Assembly: GCF_009834535.1 (NCBI RefSeq)
Contig: NC_045707.1
Span: 56,112,001 to 56,176,000 of the forward strand
Length of the DNA: 64,000 nt
Direction: 5' to 3'
Source of the DNA: Camelus ferus
Taxonomy: Eukaryota
A program made the translations under genes and the position numbers. A model generated the notes under the pieces. The model did no database searches, was not told the origin of the DNA, and worked only from the letters and a program-made list of their open reading frames with translations. The number at the start of each line of letters is the position of its first letter. Position 1 is the stretch's first letter. Shown piece after piece: positions 39,183-49,930 of this stretch.

Positions 39183-39740
39183 CTCTCCACCTCCTTTCCT
39201 CCGGCTTGGCTCTCAGAGCAAGGGCAGCAGCGGCAACAAAAAACAGAAGCATCAATCCCCACCTTCCGTCGCCTTCTCCTCCCAGCTTCACTTTTCCCTC
39301 GCTTCTCTACCCTCCCTTCCTTTCTCAGGTCCTTCCAATCCACTACTCTCCTCTTCCTCCTCGTGCCCGTCTCCGCAGCTCCTGCGTCCTTCCCGGGTGC
39401 GGGCTCACACGGCGCTCCCCATGCCCAGCACCGAAGAGCGGCGAGCGGCGTTCGGGCTCCGCGCCCCCCGGCGGATCTGTGCACAGGGCTGGTCCTTCGC
39501 GCAGCTCGTGCCGCCACCCTAACCCATGGCAGTGAGGGGCACCCTAGGTGAGGAGTGGGACTCAGAGGAGGTGGAAGAGTGCCGGATGGGGGCAGAGGGA
39601 CCGGACCGAGCCGGGCTCTGGGACCAGCTGGAGGAAGAGAAAGAAGGGCGGGTGGGAGGGACGAAGCGAGCCGCCTTGCCTCGCCGCCTCCCGGGCGCAC
39701 GGCTCCCGTGACGCTCGGGCGGACTCCGGCCGCCACAGCA
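39183..39740 (-). other. TMTC2: Probable TMTC2 5' UTR (TSS not determinable; upper boundary is a guess)
   Basis: GC-rich sequence contiguous with the start codon. A TATA-like TAATAAA on the minus strand at 39765-39759 would place a TSS near 39735. Confidence 0.55.
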
Positions 39741-41409
39741 GCTGCAGCGCATCCACTCTTTATTAGCTCCCTCCCGGCCCCAGCCCCTTCTCCAGTGAAG
39801 TGAGAAGCGGTGGCTGGAGACTCTAGAAGCTCCCGCGTGGGGTTCTCGGCGCTGCCCCCGCGCCTGCGTAGCCAACCCTCCATCCCGGGTTCGCCCAGCC
39901 CCTTTCTCCACCCAGGCCCGCCCCTACGGTTCCTCCCACAATACCCCCTGGGTTGGAGGCTCCTCCCACCCTCCACAGGGCTGGAGGCTCCTCCCAACCA
40001 CTTCCCGCCCTCCCCTTGTTTCTTTCACCTTCGATTTCACTCTGGGAAGCCCCTGGGACCCAAGGGCGACGGCTGGAAGGCAGCCCAAAGGGGTAGCTGG
40101 AATGCGCCCTGGGCGGGGGAGCTGCAGGAGAAACGAGACCGAGGAGGATGCGGTCGCTCTCCCCGCTTCTGCCGGGCGGCGTCTGGCACCGGCTGGATCT
40201 CAACCCCGGCACTATGTGTGCCAGGCGCTGCCAGGCGTAAGTCCGGTCAGCTGGAGAGACTTATGGGGACCGGGAGGGGAAGAACAGGTTTGACGAGTGC
40301 TACAGTCTTGGTTGCCACAAATATACATGCGACCTGTCATACACCCTCGTGCGTGAGTCGAAATGCAGTGGGAGTAGGGGAATTGGAGAGCTTGAGGGGC
40401 ATCTTAGGAGGCAGAGATTTCAGCTCTGAGCCTACCGTTGCCCCAAATGTCAATGGAAAGACGTGGGGCGGGCGGCGGATGTTCCCGCAATTAGGTTAAA
40501 AAGAAAGGATACCAAAAGAGGAAACAAAGATTCGCGCGCACATACATAAACACGCCGCAGGGGCGGGGGCTTTTCGTAGTTTCAAGGGGACTGTCAAACT
40601 GACCCCGAGAACACAGAGAAGAGAATACCGGTGCAACCCAGTACAGGCTATCCTTAAACCTAGGAAGGCGGGTAGCTAATGCCCTTTCCTTTACGCCTGG
40701 ATGCAGGACTGGATGGAAGGCGCCCAACATGATGAAATACGGTGTAGAGGAATGGTCTGTGTAGAACGAGCCCTGGGTACTAAAGTTGCAAAACCAAAGA
40801 GGACTGTGGGCTGCCTGCCACACCTCCTCCTGGCTTGGCCCGCTTTCTGGCTGGGTAAGTGGCTCCCTAGGACCACGATGAACACTACTGCAGCGCCCTC
40901 TGCTGCATGGCAGCCACAATGCATCAAAAACAGACTTGTAGAGCGTTGACGACCCTCAACACCTCTCTGCCACCACACTCCAAAGGCAGCACCTAACCAG
41001 CAAGCTCTCCAAAACAGAGGCAAGAAATTGAGCCCCTTGGATGTCTGGCAGTGGTCTGAACAGCAAATACCATGGTTTGGGTGTCTGCAAAACAAAGTTC
41101 CATCTTTTCCTGAATTCACAAGGAAATCTATGTAGACATAAATGAAATGATGAATATTTATTATACCTATTATGCCACCACGATGGACCCATTTATGGGA
41201 CCTGGGGAAAAACATAAATGCACATAAAAGAGTACTGTATCTTTAAAGGCAGGGACTGATCTTTTATCTTTTTTTTTTAACCCATAATCTCTGCTCACTG
41301 TCAAAATGTTTTTAAAATCGTATCAATTGGCCCATCAAGGTCCTCTGTCTCTGTCCCTCCATTGTACTTAAATGTTGATACTACATCCTAGAACACTGGA
41401 GGAAAGGCA

Positions 41410-41635
41410 CCCTCTCTAGAATCTGATGCCTGAGTTGGTGTCCCTGCTCTGCAGCTATGAGACCTTTGGCCAATCATTTTACCTCTCTGTGCCTCAGTGT
41501 TCTCATCTATAAAACAGTGACGATAATACCTATCTATGGGTACTATTATTATGCAGATAAAAGTAGTTAACATGTTGGAAGCATCTCAAAGGATCCTAAA
41601 TGCAATAGAGGTGTTAGTTGCTATTATTAACATTA
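41410..41635 (+). mobile_element. MIR SINE
   Basis: gaccttt ... acctctctgtgcctcagtgttctcatctataaaa ... aatagaggtgttagttgctattatt. Confidence 0.8.
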
Positions 41636-41689
41636 TTATTGTTGTTGTTGTTAGTATTATTATTCTCTCCAACTTCCTCCTATCCTTTT

Positions 41690-42330
41690 AGTTGTTGACT
41701 AAAAATATAGATGTTTACTTCCAAAACATACACCATTACATCCACACTGCTCCAGTCCTAGTCCGAGCTACCCATGTTTCCTGCATGGATGAACGCAGAA
41801 GACTTCTAAGTTGTCTCCTTCCTTCTCCTCCTGCAATCCCCACCCCCTCTCACCCACAGTCATAATTTCAGGTATTAGACAGAAGATTCTTTGGAAATCC
41901 TACAATCTCTCTGCCAAAAAATGTTCAATGACTTCCTGTCGCACATAGACTAAAACTCGAATTCTTAACCATGGCCAGCCAGACCTTCATCTGACCCTGA
42001 CTGCCTCTCTCCTGAGTCAGTGTGCTCCAGCAAAACACATCCTTCTCCCCTGGAATTTACACTTTTCCTCCTCTCTTATGCAGTGCTTCTCCCCAGCCCT
42101 TCTCCAGTTTGTTCCCAACGTTCAAGTCTTAGTTCGAATGTCATTGCCTCAGGAGGGCTTTCCCAGATTTTATCATGTAGCCCCTCCCTCGTGGATCTCT
42201 GTCCCATCAGCTGCATCATTTTCTTCGTAGTATGCTTCCAGTATCTGCACTCACCAGAATGGCAGCTCCAAGAGGGCAGGGGCCTCCTCAGTCTTGTTTT
42301 CTGTGTGATACCTACGTAAACATCTGGGCA
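41690..42330 (+). mobile_element. LINE-2 fragment
   Basis: ctagtccgagctaccca ... caatgacttcc ... aatgtcattgcctcagggaggc-like ... ccagaatggcagctccaagagggcaggg. Confidence 0.7.
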
Positions 42331-44575
42331 GGGAGAAGGGGAAAAGTTGACAATAAATAAAGAAATGTGCTTCGCAGAAACTGTAAAATAACTGAAAATC
42401 CACCCATTTTTATCATGAGAGAATAGGGTAAACTGATTTGTGGTCGACAGTGAAGTATTAACAAAGGAGGAGAGGGAGGAAGTAGGTTAAAAATTCTTAA
42501 GATTGCATCAGCTTTGCAGGAAAGTGATGGTGGGAAGTCCAGACAGCTCTCTTCAATAATGAAGAGGACTGAGAGGCATAAAAGTGTGAGAGGGGTTTGA
42601 CTTCAGCCTGCTAAAAGCTTGTAAGCACTTTCCAGAGCTGTCTCCATTTTCAAGGCTCCAACAGTTCTAAAGAAATCTTGCTAGCCTCCTCCCCCACCTC
42701 CTCCTTGTCTCCTCTCCCCACCCCCAAATCCTCTGAATTAGAAGCACAGGGGACTGTGAGAAATGCCACAAAGTGGCATATCTTGCCATCCCTGATGAAT
42801 GGAAGGCTGAAAATCCAGCTGTGTTTGAGAAATCCAGTTGCTTTTAACAAATTTTCCTACTATAATTTAACGTGGGTCTCACTATTCTTCCAGTGCATTA
42901 AGCCTTGGTCTCTTTCAGACTGTTCTCCAAGCAGCCAATGCCTGCATTTTCTCCCTGCCTGGAACAACTTTGGTGTGGGAAAATCAGATTAAAGATGTAA
43001 ATGTCATCACTATCCTGGGAGATCAATTCAAACCTGAGGGCACTGCTTTTTAATTTATTAAGGTGTACTTACCCATCGGGAGATTGCTGCATGGGTTCTG
43101 AAAAAAATATATATATATATATTTCCCTCACTATTTAAAGCTACTGTTGCTCTGCACAGATGAAGGAAATCAGGCTGGCTGGCTTGAGTTTTCTACCTCA
43201 GACACAAGACTGGCCAAAAAAGTGCTAAGCCCTTATTTTCCCCAAGTAGGTTCCACACATCTGCTACCTCACCACTTCCTCAATGAATTATTTTTTTATA
43301 GTCGCCCCGACCTACCCGGCATTTGTTCTGCATTCCCAGCCCTTTATTGTATAATTCATACCTTTGCAGTGCCAGTCCCTTGGGGTAAAGGTTTCCTTAT
43401 TTGCCTAAGACATTTTTAGTTTATTGTGCAATACCATCTTCCCTTTGGGTGTTGCATAAATATTAACTAAAACTCCACATATGGTCTTGGTCATCATTTC
43501 TATTTGTCCTAATGTAACTTCTCTTTGAACAGTTCGTTGGGAAAATGTGCCAAGGGTGAGATGTGGCACATAAATTCTCCTGCTGCCTAGAATGCCTTTT
43601 AAAATGCCCACAGATTTGGTTATTTATTAACAGAAGATTTGCACCTCTTCCTTGCTCTCTCAATTCTAAAATTGTCCCAGGCCAAAGTAATTACGATCGC
43701 CCATATGTTTGGTGAAAAGGTATCCAGAAATCTCCTGCTAAAATCTTAACAGATTGACTAGGAAGCAGAAGCATACTAGCCCAGCAGGTGGAACTGCGTG
43801 TTTAGGGAGGTCAGAACAGAGCTCTCTGCTGCGGAACTCATAAGCTCTGGGCTTTACTCAGGAAATAACCCTGTGGGAGAAAAACGGCAGAGCATGGATG
43901 AAATGTGGGTCAGGGAGCTGACAGAGGCACCCGGGCTGCTTGGTTAACTAGTGACAGTAAAGGCATCGGCTACACATGTTACCTTTAGATGGTTCCCAGC
44001 ATCCCTTAAAATGCTGCCCTGTGGACATTACATATGTAACATCGCTTTATCCCCAAACTTGTGATCCATTAGGAATATAATTAGGACAATGCAGCCACAG
44101 AAAGAGATCCTGTCACCTGTCACAAACCCAGGGCTATTAAGAACCAACTACTACTACAACGATGATCATTTTAAGAATCTCGGAAGCTCCCAGCTTCCAA
44201 TTCAGAGGATGAAGAGATGCAGGAGGGGGAGGAGTGTAGAAATAACATGTTAATAACTAGATATGGATAATTGCAGAGATGTTGAGGCTAATGATAGAAT
44301 TCAGAAACTCAATCAAGAAAAGCAAAGACAGCCTCCTTCCTAGAATCCCTCTGAATGCATTCCCATGTACTGATATAAACAGTGATCAAAAATATTTGAA
44401 CAGCTTGAAGAATTGCATTGAATCTTGGGTAACACAGTTGTGATAAATCTCAGATTCTGGAAAATTAATGATAAAGAGTAGAAAGATGATTAGTTTCGAT
44501 GTGGACATTAGGTAAATTAACCAATTTTTCATGAATGTTGCCTTGATGTTCAGACCAACATGGACCCTTTAAAGC

Positions 44576-44778
44576 CAGCATTGTCCAGTAGAAATTTCTG
44601 CAAAGGTGATTTTATATCTGTCCTCCCCAGTGTATTAGCCATCAGCTACACATCACTATTGAGCACTTAAAATACAGCTAGTGGGACTGAAGAACTGAAT
44701 TTTAAATTGCGTTTAATTTTAATTAATTTTAATTTCAATAGCGACATTGGTTAGTGGCTACCACATTGGACAACGCAA
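44576..44778. mobile_element. MER3-like hAT-Charlie MITE
   Basis: cagcattgtccagtagaaatttctgc ... ctattgagcacttaaaat ... gactgaagaactgaattttaaatt ... tagtggctaccacattggacaacgc; ends approximately inverted (ttgtcca / tggacaa). Confidence 0.85.
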
Positions 44779-44894
44779 TGAGTTCACGTCAAAACCAGTT
44801 GTCTACTCCTCGCAGTGGTCAAAGCTTTAGTCCCGAACCTCATGCTCTGATCAGCTCCATACCCACGTGCCACCTGTTTTTATTTAAGAAACAG

Positions 44895-45135
44895 CTACTA
44901 GCTGTTGAACACTTTGTAGGCATTAGGCATTTGATTGAGCAAAATCTATATTCATGATTGCATCTAACCCTCACAATCGCCCTGGGAGATAAGAGATAGG
45001 TACCATTACGACCATATTTTACAAATAAGGAAATGGAGGCTCAGGAAATTGTCCGTGGTCTTACAGCCTCTAAGTAGTGGACCTAACATTTGAATGTATG
45101 TCTTTTAACTTCAAAATTCTACCTTTAACCACTAC
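44895..45135 (-). mobile_element. MIR SINE
   Basis: catctaaccctcacaatcgccctg ... ttttacaaataaggaaatggaggctcag. Confidence 0.75.
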
Positions 45136-46329
45136 TCAGTATAGCCTAGTTGCTCCTTCTCCCATTCAAAAGTCCACGTCTGCATTAGGATCTATTTCAG
45201 GAAAGAGAATTCCTGGCTGCAGCCAAGGTGCCTTGATTAAATTCACATTCTTCCTCCTCCACTGTCCCTCAGATGATTCAGGATAAAATACTGTGGAAGT
45301 CTTTCTTGGTCTACCATTTTTGCCTAATTTTTCCCAAATATGGCACAGACACCTGCAAAGACTGCACTCTAATCTGCAGTAAAAATTCTCCCTCATAAAA
45401 TACACACATATACCATATATTTTTAAGAATAAATGTATTCAAAGCAGACATAGACTTTTTCCTAAGGTAATCCACACCATCTATAAGAAAAATAACTGGG
45501 ATAAGCGTAATGAAAACTCCAACACAATAATGAAAGTATCAATGCAAATTAAAATTTGGAAAACTAAATAAAGCATTTATAAAAGTGACTTAATATTATG
45601 TTTAAAACCCCACTACAAATTTGCACCTCGTAAAGCCTATTTAATCCAGTTATTATTCCTATTCAATGATTAGAAAGTCTATTTGCAGTTTGGCCTAGTC
45701 ATCCAATAATAACTGACCAAAAGTCAATTCGTTTAGAACTTTTGCAATAGATTTAATTTGCCCATTTGAATGAATGAATATCTTAAAATTTGTGATACTT
45801 TATTTAATAATTACAAATGAATGACCTATTTATGGCCTTACATATAGACTTCCACCATCCTATAGTTTTCTTCCCAAATGCTCTTTATCTTCTTCATCTT
45901 TTTTTCTGTCCTTTTCAATCTGATCTTTCATTTTTTTCATATTTTGCTCCTACCAAAAGATTTAAATCTTGGTGCACAAAACAACAAAGTTACTCTCCCA
46001 CATGTGAAGATCTTGCCCTGAGATACACAAACTAGTAAGAAAACAGGTTGTCTGCAGTGGTAGATTTGAAGGAAAGACATTTATTTTCTTGGCAGTCAGT
46101 TCCAGAGAGTAGGTCCTTGGATTCAAGTCGACAAATGATGAAGACATTGAATTCAGCAATTCCAAGCTGAGCACCAACGTGAACCTGGGGCAGGAACTTC
46201 TTGTTCCTCTAAACCTCTTCCCTGGAGTTAATCACATGCCAGCGCTAGGCTAGAAGGTTATGATCCATTACCTCGGGTAATTTTGGCCAAGTGTCTCCCC
46301 TGATTTATATTGCAAACACGTGACGCCGG

Positions 46330-46620
46330 CAACTACTGATCTGCTTTCTGTCAAATAGATGGGTAGATATGCATTTCCTAGAATTTTACATAAATGGAAA
46401 TAATACTACATACTTTTCAGGGGTAAGAGTTACCTTCTTTCACTAAGTGTAATTATTTTGAAATTCTTTCACTTTTTGTGTGTATTAATAGTTCATTTTT
46501 TTTATCTTTGAGTCATATTCTATTTGTATGGCTATACCACAATTTTTTTATCCACAGATCTGTTGATGAGCATTTGAATTGTTTCCAGCTTTTGGCTACT
46601 ATAGACAAAGCTGCTGTGAT
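46330..46620 (-). mobile_element. Old L1 (L1M) fragment
   Basis: actactgatctgctttctgtca ... tttcctagaattttacataaatggaa ... ctgttgatgagcatttgaattgtttccagcttttggctact. Confidence 0.8.
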
Positions 46621-47254
46621 CGATATAACATTTCTCATTTTTCCCTGGTTCCTGTTCTATCGTCAGTTTTACTTTTGGGAGGTTTCAGAACAAGACAACA
46701 TCTTTGGAAACATCTTACAGTGTTTAAACTTCTGCTGTAAATCACTGGTTCTCAGCAAACAGCATATACCCTGTTCTGTAGTCAGTTTTAACCTTTCAGC
46801 TAACAGGAACTACAGACCTGTCTCCGGGCTATTGCACCAGGCCACCTGCTTACAGAAGCAGGCCACAAAAATACCCAGTGGAGATGAGTTGATAATGACC
46901 AAAGGGATTTTTGAGTTGCAAGTCAAGGTATCGATCATCTTTACATCTTGTCAGAAAGGAATCAAATATGCACTATATTTCCAATTTATTTCAGTTGTGG
47001 TTTTTGTATCCCTAATGGATCAAGCACTAGACAACTGCCTGGTTGACCCATTTTTTTTAACCTGGCTCTGGGGACAGGAGCCAATTCCTTTGCCCAAAGA
47101 GCACAACTAAATGCCAAGCGTACAGATGTCCACATGTATGCCTTTACCCTGTTGAATACGCTGTTTTCTTCTAATCCTTCCTCCCTGTCTCCCTTACTGT
47201 CTCTCTTACCCACTGCCAAATTATATAGGGTTTCTGATGTAGGGACAGAGAGAA

Positions 47255-47470
47255 AAAGGCATTTGTATTCACTGAGCCTCTACTATGTAGCAGCACTATG
47301 CTAAGTATTTAAAATACACTATGCAACTTAGTTCTCACAGGAGTCTGACCAGATGGGTTTTATTACTGTCTTTTCACAAATGACAAAACTGAGGGTCAAA
47401 GATGTTAAGAAACTTGTGCTAAATGGCACAACTAGTAAGTGACAACCCAGGATTCTACATCACGTCTGTT
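47255..47470 (-). mobile_element. MIR SINE
   Basis: cactgagcctctactatgtagcagcactatgctaag ... aaactgagggtcaaagatgttaagaaacttg. Confidence 0.75.
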
Positions 47471-47829
47471 TTGTTCCATTTTAAATTTTATACAATGTCC
47501 ATCTCATTAACAATATTGAGAGCCATCTTCAAAATAAAGTGACTTTTTTCAGATTCTGACTTCTTTAAACCCTTTGTAAGATGATGAAGAACAGCTTTGG
47601 GGAGGACTTCAAAGTGTCATCTTTGCTCTGCTGATATTTTTATAAAATCATGGAATCAAAGGCATGAGCCATACAAATGCAGCCATGTTTAGGTTTTATA
47701 TAAACAAAAAAGGAGTCAAGTCCAAATGGCTACTGAAATTTGGCAGAATATGCAGAATTTGGAATATAAAAAATAGAAATACTAGTGTCAGTGAATTTCT
47801 GCAGAGAACACCAAGAAGCTCACATGTCT

Positions 47830-49262
47830 GCTTGCAAATGACATACCCAATAAGGGGCTAATATCCAAAATATACAAAGAACTCATACAACTCAACATCA
47901 AAAAAACCAAATGACCTAATTAAAACATGGGCAGAGGCTCTGAATAGACATTTTTTCAAAGAAGATATACAGATGGGCAACAGGCACATAAAAAGGTGCT
48001 CAGCATCACTAATCATCAAGGAAATGCAAATGGAAACCATGGTGAGATGTCACCTCATGCCTGTCAGAATGGCTGTCATCAAGAAAACAACAAATAACAG
48101 ATATTGGCCAGGATGCCCTCTGCACTGTTGGTGGGAATGCAAATTGGTGCCTACGTGATGAGAAATAGTAAGAACATTCCTCAAAAAATTAAAAATATAA
48201 CTACCATGCTATCTAGCAATTCCTAGGTATTTATTCAAAGAAAACAAACATACTAATTAGAAAAGATATACGCACCCCCATTATCACTGCAGCATTATTT
48301 ACAATAACCAAGATATGGAAGCAACCTAAGTGCCATCAACAGATGAATGAAGAAAGTGTGGTGTGTGTGAGTATACACACACACAATAGAATATTACTTA
48401 GCCATAAAAAAGAATGAAATCTTGCCATTTGGAACAACATGGGTGGACACAGAGGGCATTACACTAAGTGAAATAAGTTGGACTGATAAAGACAAATACA
48501 GTATGATTTCACTTATATGTGAAATCTAAAAAAAATGAAACAAATGAACAAACATAACAAAACAGAAACAGAATCATAGATTCAGAAACAAACAGTTGGT
48601 TTCTAGAGGAGAGGGACCCGGGGGAGGAGAGAAAGAGGCGAGGGAGATTAAGAAGTACACATTTCCAGTTGCAAACCAAATGAGTCACGGATATGAAATG
48701 CATACTGTGGGAAATATAGTCAATAATTATATAGTATCTTTGTGTGGTGAAAGATGATAACTAGACTTATTGTGGTGATCATTTTGAAACATACAGAAAT
48801 ACCAAACTACTAAGTCATGTAATGGGAACTAACATAGTATTGTAGATCAATTATACTTCACAAACAAACAAACTCATAGAAAGAGATCAGATTTATGGTT
48901 ACCGGAGACAGAGGGTGGAGGGAGGGGGATCTGGGTGAAGGCAGTCGAAAGATACAAACTTCCAGATACAAGATAAATAAGTACTAGGGATGTAATGCTG
49001 AACATGATAAATATAATTAACACTGTATGTTATATATGACAGTTGTTAAGAGAGTCAATCGTAAGAATTCTCATCACAAGGAAAATTGTTTTTGTATTTA
49101 ATTTTGTATCTATATAGATGATGAATGTTCAGTAAACTTACTGTAATAATCATCTCATGATATATATAAGACAAATCATTATGTTGTATACCTTAAACAT
49201 ACACAATGCTGTATGTCATTTATATCTGAAAAAAAATAGAAGAAAAAAATTTTAAAGAAAAA
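47830..49262 (+). mobile_element. LINE-1, ~1.4 kb 5'-truncated copy (degenerate ORF2 C-terminus + composite 3' UTR)
   Basis: ORF 47973-48158 ([38 protein letters not shown]...) is L1 ORF2-like but broken; 3' UTR has two successive related modules; A-rich tail. Confidence 0.93.
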
Positions 49263-49739
49263 GAAGCCAAGATTCAGGCAAATAATGGACTAACTCTTAC
49301 TGCTGAAAGTTTTATCTCCCAATCTAGTATTGAGAGCCAAGGGGGAGATGCCGCTCTGCACAGACAGACATCAAGAAGTACTTTTTAAAACTATTTTATA
49401 GATAGAGAAAAATTAGCCTTTTACCTTGAGGCCAGATGCAGAGATTACAGAGTATAATGTATACACAAAGATGTCCTAATTACATTTCCTATCTCTTCAT
49501 CTTACTAAAATTAACCCTTAAAATTATTTTTATAACAGAAACCCCAGATAACAAAGAAGTCAAAACTGGCCATTCATTCTTGGAAAGCGTTTAAAAGTTC
49601 TGGAAACAATTATTCAGTAAAAGCAACTCAAAATTTAAAAAAAATCCTTAATAATATGTATAGATACTTTTGAAAAACTCTGGAACTGTATAATATTAAA
49701 TAAAAGTGATTCATTCATCAAACTTGATGCTGTGAGTGG

Positions 49740-49930
49740 TCCTGGGGGATGGGAGGAGGGGGAGATGGGGAGTTCCTATTCACCAGATACAGGGTTTCAG
49801 TCATGCAAGGTGAAAACATCTTAGAGATCTGCTGTCCTATAATGTACACGTAATTAACAATACTATATGTACCCTTAAAAATTGTTAAGAGAGTAAATTT
49901 CATGTTACATGTTTTTTTACTACGGTTAGA
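49740..49930 (+). mobile_element. L1 3' terminus fragment
   Basis: ggagatggggagtt ... gtttcagtcatgcaag ... ttagagatctgctgt ... cttaaaaattgttaagagagtaaatttcatgtta. Confidence 0.8.

Larger units (their letters stand above)
38690..40600. promoter_or_regulatory. CpG island / TMTC2 promoter and 5' leader
   Basis: Sharp rise in GC and CpG density against the AT-rich flanks. Several GC boxes (GGGCGG near 38712, 39646, 40111, 40467, 40561). Surrounds coding exon 1. Confidence 0.92.

Noticed and set aside
39519..39752. 77-codon uORF starting at ATG 39752 (MRCSCCGG...), sharing the stop of uORF1
   Set aside because: The ATG lies only a few bases downstream of the TATA-like element and probably upstream of the TSS; cannot be supported without CAGE data.
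39179..40499. Long ORFs over the CpG island (272 aa minus, 229 aa plus, 130 aa and others)
   Set aside because: Low-complexity G/P/R/A/S translations expected from stop-poor GC-rich DNA; mostly non-ATG starts; no recognisable homology.
46478..47110. 210-aa plus-strand ORF
   Set aside because: Starts at a GTG inside an antisense L1 fragment; the remainder resembles no protein I recognise. A blastp/tblastn hit would change this view.
47830..48500. L1 ORF2 as a functional CDS
   Set aside because: 5'-truncated with frameshifts and stops; inactive relic.
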